Below are positions 55,062-64,000 of a DNA stretch of 64,000 bases, one piece after another; the first letter of the stretch is position 1, and each line of letters starts with the position of its first letter. Below the pieces are notes generated by a model. The model ran no database searches. It was not told the origin of the DNA and worked only from the letters and a program-made list of their open reading frames with translations. A program made the position numbers and the translations under genes. Source of the stretch: an uncultured Clostridia bacterium (GTDB lineage: Bacteria; Acidobacteriota; Blastocatellia; HR10); contig CAZTMT010000005.1 of assembly GCA_964615335.1 (NCBI GenBank), positions 107,104-171,103 on the forward strand. Reading direction: 5' to 3'.

Positions 55062-57344
55062 TCAAAAGATGCGCAGCGTATAGGTGAAGCGCACACCGCG
55101 CCCGATCTCCGGAGCGAAGTCTTTGATGAAGGAGAGGTGGTTGCGATAGAGCCGATCGCCGAGATTGAAGCCCGTGATGGAGAAAATATGCAGGACGTGC
55201 GCCTGGACGCGCGTGTAGTTCAGGCTCAGGTTGAAGACGGAGTATCCGGGCGTGCGCGTCTCCGTAGGGAAGATATCGTTCTGCGCTCGCGCCATGAGGA
55301 CTTCCGGAGCGAGAGTGAAGCCCTTGAGCTGAATATCCAGGCGCGCGCGTCCTCGGACCGGGGGGATGCGTGGCAGCGGAGTCTTCGAGGGGCGCAGCTC
55401 CGCATCCACGGCATCCAGGCCCAGAGCGAGCCATACTCGGGAGTGAAGCGCTACATCCAGCCCCAGCTCAGTCCCCAGGAATCGGCTGTCGGCTTGTCGA
55501 AAGACGACTTCTCGCAAGCCCTCGCGTATCTCTCCCGTCGGAGCGGGGAAGACGAAGTCGGCCAAGCGATAGTAATAGACGTTGGCTTCCGCGCGCCAGC
55601 GATCGCTCCGATGGCGCAGCGAGAAATCCACTCCATCGCCGCGTTCGCGCCCGAGCGTGGGATCACCGATTTCGAAAGCGAGGTTTCCGACATGCGGCCC
55701 TCGGTTATACAGCTCCTCCAGAGCGGGCGCTCTGTACGAATGCGTGTAATTCAGAACGAGCGTCCCCCCTTCCCAGAGGGGGAGGCGCAGGCCCGCGGCT
55801 CCGGAGAAACCGGTGAAAGATCGGCGCGGCAAGCCCACAGGATCATAGCCGTTGTATTCCAGGCGTCCGCCGAATTGCAGGACAAGACGCCGCACGTCCC
55901 ACTGTTGCAGGGCGAAAAGCGCCAGAGCCCGTTGCGTGACGGGAGGAGCCAAGACCTCTTCGCCGCTTGTCTCATATCGTCGGTGCATCAGCCAGAGACC
56001 AAAGCTTCCGGAGAACCCGCGCTGCCGCCGCTCATCCAGAACGATTCGGGCGACGACATGCCGGTTCTCAAAGAGCGTCGTCGGAACGTCGTCCTCCAAC
56101 TCCCAGTGCCGGTACCGGGTGTAATCCAAAGAGAACTGCATGCGGTCCAAAAACGAGCCGAGGTCACCGAGCCCGCCGCTCAAACGGACATTATGTCGTC
56201 GCATCCTCAAGTCAACAAGCGTCTCTGTCTCGTCATGGTCTTGCTCTTCATGCGGAGCGTGAAGACGGCCGGCGAAGGGGACCCCATAGAGGCGGGCATC
56301 GTAGCCGTAGCTGAGGCTGAAGAATCCGCGCTCGCTGTAGCGTCCGAAGCCTCCGGTCCCATTCCCCCCGTGCGTCCCCGAGTTCGGGATACGGCCGATC
56401 GGCGTGCGGTAGTCGCCGGTGCGCTGTCCTCCTCCATTGCCCCAGAAGAGCCAATGACCCACGCCGTATTCCAGGCCCGCGCTTCCTCCCCCCTGGGCAT
56501 TTGCGGAACCCCCTGTTCCCGTCATATAGCCGCGCAGGCCCTTGTGCGGATGTTGATGCATCTGGTGATGGCGCGTGATGGCATTGACGACGCCGCCCAG
56601 TGCATTACTTCCGTAAAGCAGCGTGGCCGGCCCTTTGACGATCTCGATCGTGTCCAGGCTCAAAACGTCTATCGGCTCGCCGTGCTCGCCCGATTGAGAA
56701 GAGAGCGAGCCGGTGCGGATGCCATCCTGCAGCACCAGAACGCGATCTCCATCGAAGCCGCGGATCACGGGACGCGATGTGCCCGGCCCAAAACTGCGCT
56801 TGGCGACGCCGGGCTGATGCTCCAGCGCTTCGCCGAGTGACGTCGTGTTTCGGCCAAGCAAGTCGGTCGCATCCAGTGAGGTCACAGCCTGAAAGGCCTG
56901 AGCGAGCGTCTCCGCTTGTCCGCTCGCTGTCACCGTGATTTGCTCTCGAACGGGTGAGAGCGTGAATTCGATATCGAGCGTCACGACAGCTCCAGCCGCG
57001 ATCTCAACGGTTCGGATGACATCGGGCAATCGCTCCAGATGCGCGATGACCGTATATCGGCCCGGGGAGACTTCAGGGAATTCGTAGACGCCATTCTCAT
57101 CGGTCACCGTCATGTGATTTCCGGGCACAAGAGTTACTGTCACTCCATGTACAGGAGTATTCGCCGGTCGAAGAACGACTCGCCCGCGCAATGCTCCCGC
57201 GGATTGGAGACCGTGCGCCGAACCGTGTCCCAGAAGGAGAAGGGCCACAACGCAGAGCGCGCTCGCACTGCGTCCTCCCCTGCGCCATTGACCTCTCATG
57301 GGATGAAGCGAAGCGTGCGAAAAGAGAGTGCCGCTTGGTCCCAT
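55062..57344 (-). CDS. TonB-dependent receptor with carboxypeptidase-regulatory-like N-terminal domain
   Basis: Signal peptide. VTVTLVPGNHMTVTDENGVYEFPEVSPGRYTV is CarboxypepD_reg-like. Plug and barrel region. C-terminal ...YTLRIF. ATG at 57344 follows GGAGGGAAAGAAAG. Confidence 0.88.
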   Translation of the reverse strand: MGPSGTLFSHASLHPMRGQWRRGGRSASALCVVALLLLGHGSAHGLQSAGALRGRVVLRPANTPVHGVTVTLVPGNHMTVTDENGVYEFPEVSPGRYTVIAHLERLPDVIRTVEIAAGAVVTLDIEFTLSPVREQITVTASGQAETLAQAFQAVTSLDATDLLGRNTTSLGEALEHQPGVAKRSFGPGTSRPVIRGFDGDRVLVLQDGIRTGSLSSQSGEHGEPIDVLSLDTIEIVKGPATLLYGSNALGGVVNAITRHHQMHQHPHKGLRGYMTGTGGSANAQGGGSAGLEYGVGHWLFWGNGGGQRTGDYRTPIGRIPNSGTHGGNGTGGFGRYSERGFFSLSYGYDARLYGVPFAGRLHAPHEEQDHDETETLVDLRMRRHNVRLSGGLGDLGSFLDRMQFSLDYTRYRHWELEDDVPTTLFENRHVVARIVLDERRQRGFSGSFGLWLMHRRYETSGEEVLAPPVTQRALALFALQQWDVRRLVLQFGGRLEYNGYDPVGLPRRSFTGFSGAAGLRLPLWEGGTLVLNYTHSYRAPALEELYNRGPHVGNLAFEIGDPTLGRERGDGVDFSLRHRSDRWRAEANVYYYRLADFVFPAPTGEIREGLREVVFRQADSRFLGTELGLDVALHSRVWLALGLDAVDAELRPSKTPLPRIPPVRGRARLDIQLKGFTLAPEVLMARAQNDIFPTETRTPGYSVFNLSLNYTRVQAHVLHIFSITGFNLGDRLYRNHLSFIKDFAPEIGRGVRFTYTLRIF

Positions 57345-57936
57345 CTTTCTTTCCCTCCTCTCTGCGAAGATCTCGTGCTATCCCTCGCCCTGAAGGGCGC
57401 CATGTCTTTTTCAGGTGGAGTTCGGATTTCAGAAGGCCTCTCTCGCAAGGTTCCAGGATCGCCGAGAGAAGCCTTCACGCTCAGGCGCCACGTGGGATTC
57501 GAGATCAGTTCAGAGGAGGGGATCGAATAACCCGATCCGTCTGCAGAAGACGAACCGTTCGCTCGACCGATGTCCATTCGGCCCGCGCCAGTGTCAGTGG
57601 GGAGAGGAATATCTCCAGCGTCGTGGAGAGAAAGGGGAAATGCCGGTGATGACATGCGCAAGGGCCATTGTGTGCGGCTTGGGGAGACGGGCAGGAGCTT
57701 GTGAGAGCTCCAATGGTCGGCTGTGGCGAGAGCGACCCGGAGGCCTCGGCCGAAGCCACGGCGTGTGCCAGCAGATCACATGCCAGAAGGAAGAGGAGCA
57801 GGAGGACAAGCCGGAAGTGTCGGGACATCCGCCCAGAGCAGGATGTAGGCCCCCTCGCCATAAGAGCAAAAGAGAATACCCACGGGTGTCCTCCTCTGTC
57901 AAGCAGGCGCTTCGGCATCCTTTCGCGCGATTCTTC

Positions 57937-57965
57937 TTGACTGTGCTCGGGGCGATCGGTATGCT
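57937..57965 (+). promoter_or_regulatory. Sigma70-type promoter TTGACT-N17-TATGCT
   Basis: Good -35/-10 match with 17-bp spacing, about 30 nt upstream of the GAGGGAGG RBS of the small membrane-protein ORF. Confidence 0.45.
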
Positions 57966-57996
57966 GAAACCCGTGAAAAATCTCGAGGGAGGTGCG

Positions 57997-58176
57997 ATGA
58001 TGAAGAAGCTCGTCAGCGCGCTCGTGCTCGCGGCGGCTCCTGTGATGCTCACGTTGGGCTACGCAGTGCTCCCTAGCATCTGTCTGGTCCTGTTCTTCAT
58101 CTTTCCTCCGCTTGTCCTTTTGTGCATTGGACCTTTTGCTGGCTTGCTCCCAACGGATTTCCAGACATTTCTGTAA
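57997..58176 (+). CDS. Small hydrophobic membrane protein (59 aa, two predicted TM segments)
   Basis: MMKKLVSALVLAAAPVMLTLGYAVLPSICLVLFFIFPPLVLLCIGPFAGLLPTDFQTFL. It is the C-terminal part of track ORF 57415..58176, preceded by its own RBS and promoter. The FG-GAP gene follows 96 bp downstream. Confidence 0.45.
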   Translation: MMKKLVSALVLAAAPVMLTLGYAVLPSICLVLFFIFPPLVLLCIGPFAGLLPTDFQTFL

Positions 58177-58272
58177 GGCTCGGAGCACAGCGTTCTGAGC
58201 ATTGAGGGAGGGGCCGCTTCCCTCTTGGTCCGGATGCGAAGCGGAGGGGGGGATATTTTCTCGCAGGGAGGT

Positions 58273-59676
58273 ATGATGGCTATGCGCCGGAGTGTACCGA
58301 TCGTTGTCGCCGTGCTTCTTGGAGGAGGGGGAGCGTTGGGCCTCCCTCCCACTTCCTTTCAACCCCCGATTCTCGTACAACCGAGCGAGCCTAACGGGAG
58401 TTTCGGTTTCGGCCTGGCTTCCGGAGATGTGAACGGAGATGGAATCGCTGATCTCGTAGTGGGAGCCGTCCTCTGGAGAGTGGAGAACAAGGCGGCGGCC
58501 GGACGGGCCTTCGTCTTCTTCGGGGGGGCGCCTTTTGATGGAGGGGCTGATCTTGTCCTTCAAGCACCGACGCCGGAGACGGATGCGCGCTTCGGATGGG
58601 CGATCGCCCTGGCCGATATGAATGGGGATGGGCAGAAGGACATTCTCGTCTCGGCTCCTTTTGCTCAGGGAGGGGCATCGCGAGGAACAGGGGCGGTGTA
58701 CCTCTTTTTCGGGGGCGCGCTCCTGGACGCGCAGGCTGACCTCGCGCTGGAGAGTCCGAGCGGATTGAATCCCCTGGCCCATTTTGGTTGGAGCCTGGCC
58801 GCTGGGGACATCAACGGCGATGGGCGGGAGGATGTTCTTGTCGGCGCTGAAAATCGGAAGATCGGAACCCTAGAGCAAGCGGGTCAGGTCTTCGTGTACG
58901 AGGGCCGTCCTTCGTTCACCGGAGCGCTCACACACACGCTTCAGGCGCCGACGCCGCAGCAGGGAGCCGCTTTCGGGAGCACCCTCGCTGTCGGAGATGT
59001 CACCGGCGATGGGGTGGACGATGTGCTCGTGGGTGCGCCCAACGAAGATGTGGGTTCTGTGTCGGAGTCCGGGCGCGTCCATCTCTTCTTCGGAGGAGCC
59101 TCTTTCGATACGACTGCGGATGTGGCGTTGCAGCAACCCGTCCTCGTGAGGAGCAGTGGCTTCGGGCAAGCTCTCGCTGTCGGGGACGTCACCGGAGATG
59201 GCATTGAGGACGTCCTCGTGGGAACCCCTCATCCGAACCTGCGGCGGTCTCTGCTGGGTGCCTCAAGCGATCCGGGCGAAGTCTATCTCTTTCGGGGCGG
59301 ACAGCCCTTTGATTCTGCGGCCGATCTCAAGCTGCAAGCTCCTTCGCCCAAGTCGAATGATGGTTTCGGGGGAACGCTCGCTGTGGGGGAGGTGACCGGA
59401 GATGGGCGCGCGAGCATCCTGATTGGATCCCTGCTTGTGCGGACAGCGGGTGTCGAGGGAAGCGCGTATCTCTTTGAGGGCGGGACGGCCCTGGATGCCT
59501 CGGCGGATGCCACCTTTCTCCCTTCTTCCGATCCGAACGCGCAGTTCTCCATTGCTCTGGCGATCGGGGACGTCAATGGCGATGGGCGAGGCGACGTGCT
59601 GATCGGCTCGGTCAAGCCGGGAACGCTCGGGCTTCCGGGAGGGCAGGGAAAGGTTTACGTCTTCCTCGCTTCCTGA
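58273..59676 (+). CDS. FG-GAP repeat (integrin-α-like β-propeller) secreted protein
   Basis: Signal peptide after an AGGGAGG RBS. Seven FG-GAP repeats with the motif (V/I)GDVNGDG..D(L/V)(L/V)VGA. 467 aa. Confidence 0.85.
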   Translation: MMAMRRSVPIVVAVLLGGGGALGLPPTSFQPPILVQPSEPNGSFGFGLASGDVNGDGIADLVVGAVLWRVENKAAAGRAFVFFGGAPFDGGADLVLQAPTPETDARFGWAIALADMNGDGQKDILVSAPFAQGGASRGTGAVYLFFGGALLDAQADLALESPSGLNPLAHFGWSLAAGDINGDGREDVLVGAENRKIGTLEQAGQVFVYEGRPSFTGALTHTLQAPTPQQGAAFGSTLAVGDVTGDGVDDVLVGAPNEDVGSVSESGRVHLFFGGASFDTTADVALQQPVLVRSSGFGQALAVGDVTGDGIEDVLVGTPHPNLRRSLLGASSDPGEVYLFRGGQPFDSAADLKLQAPSPKSNDGFGGTLAVGEVTGDGRASILIGSLLVRTAGVEGSAYLFEGGTALDASADATFLPSSDPNAQFSIALAIGDVNGDGRGDVLIGSVKPGTLGLPGGQGKVYVFLAS

Positions 59677-59694
59677 AACTCGCCTGCTCCGGGT

Positions 59695-60468
59695 TCATGA
59701 GGAGGCAGCCGCTTCCTCGGGCACTTTCTCCAAAGCGAGAGGATCGAGCAGGGCCAGGCGCTCGCGGGCTGCGCGGCCGGCTTCTTGAGTGCGGAAGTCC
59801 GTAGCGATTTTGACGTAGAGCTGAACGGCTTCGGCCTTCTTCTGCTGCAGCTCGAGCGCGCGGGCCAGTCCGAGCCGCACGCTCGCTTCGGGGAGTTCGC
59901 CGAGGTCGCCGAGCAGGTGGCGATAGTGCTTTTCGGCGCCGGCCGGATCGCCACTGGCCAGCAGGTGTTCGGCCAAGGCCAAACGAGCGAGCCGGGCTAT
60001 TTCAGCTTTCCCCTGAGCCAGTTGCTCCAGAGCCCGCCGCCCTTCTGAGGGATTGAGATGAAGTTGGCAGAGTGCAGCATAGTAATTGGCCAGCTCGCGA
60101 TAGCGGGAGTACTTCTGAGCAACCCGGCTGAAGGCGTTCAGGGCCTCTCGATACTTCTGCTCTTCGCTCGAATAAGTCCGGTGGGTCGGATCCGAAGGAG
60201 GAGAGCTCGACGTCACCTCGGCCGTGAAGATCTCGTACGCTTCGGCCAGGGCTTTTTCGGCGTTCTCTCGCTGAGAGGCGCGGAAAAGAAGCGTGCCGAG
60301 AATGAGGAGGAGAAGAGCGATCAGAGCGACGCCTGTTCGTATGATCCGAGACCGGTGGTGCTTGGCCCAGCCGGCCAACCGCTCGTAGCGATCGCGGAAG
60401 GCATCATGCTTGAGTTCGCGCGTGGTGATCTTCGCTTTCTTTTTCTTTTTGAGCGCCGCCTTGGCCAC
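59695..60468 (-). CDS. Membrane-anchored tetratricopeptide-repeat protein (YfgM/YbgF-like)
   Basis: Lys-rich N-terminus, a single TM segment (VALIALLLLILGTLLF), then TPR-like helical repeats. Confidence 0.65.
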   Translation of the reverse strand: MAKAALKKKKKAKITTRELKHDAFRDRYERLAGWAKHHRSRIIRTGVALIALLLLILGTLLFRASQRENAEKALAEAYEIFTAEVTSSSPPSDPTHRTYSSEEQKYREALNAFSRVAQKYSRYRELANYYAALCQLHLNPSEGRRALEQLAQGKAEIARLARLALAEHLLASGDPAGAEKHYRHLLGDLGELPEASVRLGLARALELQQKKAEAVQLYVKIATDFRTQEAGRAARERLALLDPLALEKVPEEAAASS

Positions 60469-60618
60469 GGCTTCTGTCTCTCCGAACCGTTCCGCTGAAA
60501 TTCTCCTTTGTCCCCTCTGCTCGGGGTGCTATAATGTAGTAGCAGCCGTATGGCCCTGTCAAGGAAGAGGGTCGGATGGCGGTGTTTGAGAGCATGAGAG
60601 TCGGGCAAGGAGGAGGGG

Positions 60619-61437
60619 ATGTCGCAGAAGGTGAGCCCAACTGTACAGCCAGGGACCGCCGTTGGGGTTTTAGGGCAATTCGTTCTTGAAGATTCCCGCC
60701 AGCGACGCCGTTTGCTCTGGGCCACGGGCGTGGCGATCCTCTTCCACGTGGTTCTGTTTCTGCTGCATCTGGAGAATCTCTTTCCGAGCCGTCCGCTGCC
60801 GGAGCCGGAGCCGCCCGAGCAATTGGTTGCCATTCAGTTTGAGTTCCCGGAGATGGATGTTGCCGGCGGTGGAGGGAATCGCGAATACTCTCGACCTCCG
60901 GAGCCAGTGCCCCGGAAACTCCCGCTGCGTTCGGAGCCTGTGCCGATGCCCATCCCGGTTCCTTTCAAAGCGCCCCCGCCTCCGGAGCAGGCCCAATTGC
61001 CTTCACTGGATACGCGGATGCAGATCACATCGCCTTTCAGCTTCGGGCCTGTGGAAGCTCCTCCAGGAACCGGTGGGACGGGAGGGGGTAACGGAGCGGG
61101 AGAAGGGCGAGGGATTGGAGATGCGTCGGGAGAGAGTGTCGGAGAGGGGATTGCCGGGCGTGGCGGCTATGGCCGGCCGATCATCACTTATAAGCCCCGT
61201 CCGGAATGGACGGAAGAAGCCCGGCGGAATCGGATTCAGGGCGTCGTTGTACTCAGTGCGACGTTCGGCGCCGATGGCGTTGTGCGAAACATTCGCGTCA
61301 TCCGGGGACTCGGATACGGATTGGATGAGAAGGCCATTGAGGCGGCCAAGCAGATCAAGTTCATTCCCGCGCGAGGGCCTGATGGACGCCCGGCCAGCGT
61401 GCGCGCGACCATCAACGTGGAGTTCAACCTGCTCTGA
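60619..61437 (+). CDS. tonB: Energy transducer TonB
   Basis: N-terminal TM anchor, a Pro-rich spacer (PEPEPPE...PVPMPIPVPFKAPPPPE), and a C-terminal TonB domain (ARRNRIQGVVVLSATFGADGVVRNIRVIRGLGYGLDEKAIEAAKQIKFIPA). An extended -10 TGCTATAAT sits upstream. Confidence 0.85.
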   Translation: MSQKVSPTVQPGTAVGVLGQFVLEDSRQRRRLLWATGVAILFHVVLFLLHLENLFPSRPLPEPEPPEQLVAIQFEFPEMDVAGGGGNREYSRPPEPVPRKLPLRSEPVPMPIPVPFKAPPPPEQAQLPSLDTRMQITSPFSFGPVEAPPGTGGTGGGNGAGEGRGIGDASGESVGEGIAGRGGYGRPIITYKPRPEWTEEARRNRIQGVVVLSATFGADGVVRNIRVIRGLGYGLDEKAIEAAKQIKFIPARGPDGRPASVRATINVEFNLL

Positions 61438-61609
61438 AGCTGCGGTGTGGGGATCTCCCGGCGATGTCCCGGATCTCTGATGACGGGGAACATCCCCGAT
61501 AGTGAATCGCGGTGCGCCGTCCTGTGAAGAGGAAGGCGTCGGCGTCTTGCTCCCAAGTCCTCTGCGCGCGGATCTGCCGGCGGTCCCCTGTGGGGCATTG
61601 ATTTTCCCG

Positions 61610-61634
61610 GGAACCTATCGCACATTTTGGTGTC
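61610..61634 (+). promoter_or_regulatory. ECF-type promoter GGAAC-N17-GTC upstream of the ECF sigma gene (likely autoregulatory)
   Basis: GGAAC at 61610-61614 and GTC at 61632-61634 with a 17-nt spacer. This matches the common AAC/-10 GTC(T) architecture of ECF sigma-dependent promoters. Confidence 0.5.
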
Positions 61635-61656
61635 TATGAGGGAGGGAACCGAAATT

Positions 61657-62343
61657 ATGGCGCGCGCGGAGACATGGGAGGAGTGCGCCTTGGGGATCGG
61701 CTGCGCCGAAGAGGCGCGCTATGAGGAGGCGGAAGCCCAGTTCCTGGAGCGCCTGCGCGCTGGCGAGCGCGAGGCTTTCGAGCAGCTCGTCATTCGGTTT
61801 CACCGCAACATCTATGGGCTGCTGTATCGGCTCCTGGGCGATCGCGAGGAGGCGCGCGACGCGACGCAGGAGACCTTTTTGAAGGTTTATCGCCATATCG
61901 GGCGATTTCGCGGCGAGTGCGAGCTGAAGACGTGGATCTATCGGATCGCTCTCAATCAGGCGGCGAACTGGCACCGCTGGTGGCGGCGCAATGGGGATCG
62001 AATTCTCTCCTTCGACTCCTTGAGGGATGAGACTCACGCCGGCTCCCTGGAAAACCTGGCGGACCCTCAGGCCGATCCCGAGCAGCAAGCGATCGCGCGA
62101 GAAGAGGAGCGCTTGCTGGCGGACGCGTTGGCCCGAATCAAGCCGGTTTTCCGAACGGCTCTTCTTCTGCGCGATGTCGAAGGGCTCACCTATGAAGAGA
62201 TCGCGGCGACGCTTCAAGTCTCCGTGGGGACGGTGAAATCGCGGATCGCGCGCGGGCGCGAGCTGTTGCGTCGGGAGCTGCGCCGGATTCGCCCGCGCCC
62301 GGAGGGGCGCCCTCCGGCACCGGAAGAGGAGCGAACGGATTGA
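61657..62343 (+). CDS. RNA polymerase sigma-70 factor, ECF subfamily
   Basis: Region 2 (FEQLVIRFHRNIYGLLYRLLGDREEARDATQETFLKVY) and region 4 (LRDVEGLTYEEIAATLQVSVGTVKSRIARGR). Start at the ATG after GAGGGAGGG; an alternative start is at 61627/61636. Confidence 0.88.
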   Translation: MARAETWEECALGIGCAEEARYEEAEAQFLERLRAGEREAFEQLVIRFHRNIYGLLYRLLGDREEARDATQETFLKVYRHIGRFRGECELKTWIYRIALNQAANWHRWWRRNGDRILSFDSLRDETHAGSLENLADPQADPEQQAIAREEERLLADALARIKPVFRTALLLRDVEGLTYEEIAATLQVSVGTVKSRIARGRELLRRELRRIRPRPEGRPPAPEEERTD

Positions 62344-62513
62344 CCAGCTCCGGTTCGAGATGAGTTCGCCGATGGGTCGAGGCGAGCTGTTTGACAATCA
62401 GGCCAGCACCAGGACATCGAACCGGAGCTGGTGAGTCGCGTTCCAGCCGAAGAGTGGCACGCCGAAGGCTCGTGGGCCAGAACGCGGCGGGTGCTTCTTG
62501 GAAGGAGGGCACA

Positions 62514-63245
62514 GTGAAGGCTTGTACGGTTGTGCGGCGAGATCTTTCCGAATACCTTGATGGCGAGCTTCCGTCGGATCGAGCGCGCGCCCTGCAAGAA
62601 CATCTTCTGGTCTGTTCGACGTGCGCGCGCGATCTGGAGGAGTTGCGGGATCTGACCCGACGCTTGCGACACTTGTCGCCTCCGGTCGCGCCCTCGGATC
62701 TGCTGGAGCAGGTCTTGGAGGCTCTGGATCGAGAACATCCGCGCGTGCGCTCTCGAGGGGGGCTCCTCCGGCGGATGGAGCGTTGGACCTTCGCTTATCC
62801 GCGAGTGGCGGCGGCACTGATGAGCTTCTTGATCACCATATCCCTTTTGGGAGCCTTGCTCTCGACACTTCGCCCTATTCCCGAAGTCCCTCTGGCCTAC
62901 CATCATGCTTCGATCGCTCTGGATGCCCGGCAATATGGCTTGCTCAATGGGGAGCCGGGATCTTCGTACGGACTCTATACATTCCCCCGCCTTCGCTCTC
63001 CCGGGAGTTTGGACGCCTTGTTTCAGGCCGTCGCAGAGGATCACCTTGTGGTCGTGACCTTCGTGTATCCGGATGGGCGCGCACGGTTGGTTGACGTCGT
63101 CGCTCCGTCGGGACATCCGGTGGACCTGTCCGAGATGAGCGCGTCGTTCTCGGGACTGCGCTTCGAACCGGCGAAACGAGCGGGACAGCATCCGGTGGGC
63201 ACGCAATTGGTCATGCTCTTGCACCGGCTGGAGGTGGGTCAGTAA
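62514..63245 (+). CDS. Anti-sigma factor with zinc-finger (ZAS-like HxxxCxxC) N-terminal domain, single TM, periplasmic domain
   Basis: GTG start after GGAAGGAGGG. LSEYLDGELPSDRARALQEHLLVCSTCARDLEEL is the anti-sigma N-terminal domain signature. TM helix AAALMSFLITISLLGALL. Confidence 0.75.
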   Translation: MKACTVVRRDLSEYLDGELPSDRARALQEHLLVCSTCARDLEELRDLTRRLRHLSPPVAPSDLLEQVLEALDREHPRVRSRGGLLRRMERWTFAYPRVAAALMSFLITISLLGALLSTLRPIPEVPLAYHHASIALDARQYGLLNGEPGSSYGLYTFPRLRSPGSLDALFQAVAEDHLVVVTFVYPDGRARLVDVVAPSGHPVDLSEMSASFSGLRFEPAKRAGQHPVGTQLVMLLHRLEVGQ

Positions 63246-63475
63246 TTCCCCGGACAGCTTCTCCGCCGGGAAGAGACGCGGAATACCTGAAAAGTCCCTG
63301 AAGAGACGTCTGCCCGGCCTGAACTCTGGAGGCAACCCCATCGCGAGAGAGCCGGATCGAGGATTGTCCCGGTCAGAGAGCCGCTTTCGTGTTGACCAGG
63401 CTCGATCGAGCCGATAGAGTATGCTCCCGATGAGTAGCGTGGTGCCGGATACTCAAGCCGATGTGGGAGAAACCC

Positions 63476-64000
63476 ATGGGAGAGCGACGCGCGAATCGGT
63501 TGTGGAGGTGTTGTCTTCTCATTGGAGTGTTCTCGTTCTCGTGGACGGCCTCGGCCACCCTTCCGACGGATGTGGAGAGCGGGGATGTTGTCCTCCGAGT
63601 CGTTCCGCCGCGCATCCTTTCGATTCAGGATGGAAGTCGGCTGTTTGCGTCCGGAGATGCCGCCGATCCCCATGGATATGGACGGCCGGGGGCCAGCGGG
63701 TTCGTCCTCATTTCGGGCATTGGGCTCGCGGGAGCCAGCGGGATTGAATTCGACGGAGGCGGCATCCGTGGGGAAGTGATCTCGGCGGGAGCGCCCGGAG
63801 AGCTGAACCCCTCGGTGCTGGTCCGCGTCACGATCGAAGAGACGGCTCAATTGGGAGCGCGCTCGTTCACGCTCATGACGCCGCGAGGTCCTGTGCGCAG
63901 CGGAGATGTCACCTTCGTCATCACCGAGCCGAAGATTCTCGCGATCTCGGATGAGGAGGGCTCGCCCGGATCGCACGGGCGCGTGGATATCTTGGGGATC
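63476..64000 (+). CDS. Hypothetical secreted protein, 5' part only (continues past the window end)
   Basis: ATG at 63476 lies downstream of TTGACC-N17-TAGAGT. Signal peptide (MGERRANRLWRCCLLIGVFSFSWTASA), then β-rich sequence. Open to the window end, so absent from the track. Confidence 0.55.
   Translation, partial: MGERRANRLWRCCLLIGVFSFSWTASATLPTDVESGDVVLRVVPPRILSIQDGSRLFASGDAADPHGYGRPGASGFVLISGIGLAGASGIEFDGGGIRGEVISAGAPGELNPSVLVRVTIEETAQLGARSFTLMTPRGPVRSGDVTFVITEPKILAISDEEGSPGSHGRVDILGI

Noticed and set aside
57345-57700. Cobalamin riboswitch in the TonB-receptor leader
   Set aside because: Only a CCCACTG near-match to the B12 box GCCACTG. The other conserved B12-element blocks could not be recognised by eye. 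Left as an open possibility needing an Rfam scan.
57505-58782. 425-aa and 152-aa minus-strand ORFs upstream of the TonB receptor
   Set aside because: Low-complexity R/S/P/E-rich translation with no SD. They overlap the plus-strand FG-GAP gene start, which has an AGGGAGG SD and repeat motifs.

Overview
High-GC (~60-65%) bacterial chromosomal window with many GGAGG-type ribosome-binding sites. TonB-dependent receptors carrying carboxypeptidase-regulatory-like N-termini, BNR/sortilin proteins and large FG-GAP/β-helix surface proteins suggest an Acidobacteriota-like organism; that is inference only.

Layout of the window:
- Bases 1-18000: dense housekeeping genes. These are a GntR regulator, pdxST, zapA/zapB-like, the thrS-infC-rpmI-rplT-pheST cluster with an upstream tRNA-Val(GAC), gatCA, alr, a CPBP protease, sppA, and ribH-nusB.
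- Bases 17500-29300: a cytochrome P460-family gene divergent from a fused double-HxlR regulator, a coiled-coil porin plus transglutaminase-like pair, two giant surface proteins, and a MerR-family regulator coupled to a 56-aa signal-peptide/4-Cys peptide.
- Bases 29700-40700: a carbohydrate-processing locus (BNR/sortilin protein, GH127, amidohydrolase, TonB-dependent receptor).
- Bases 40900-48100: a sulfate/nitrite assimilation cluster with two paralogous ferredoxin-type sulfite/nitrite reductases, cobA, sirC, cysH and tauE.
- Bases 48100-64000: hypothetical and secreted proteins, an HNH endonuclease, a second TonB-dependent receptor, an FG-GAP protein, a TPR protein, tonB, and an ECF sigma/anti-sigma pair.

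Most interesting observation: both reductase genes are preceded by small upstream ORFs with clustered Cys codons. The one between the two reductases is followed by mutually exclusive antiterminator and terminator hairpins. This looks like a cysteine-codon leader-peptide attenuator, which is not a commonly described mechanism.

Many long antisense ORFs in the six-frame track are high-GC artefacts and were not called.
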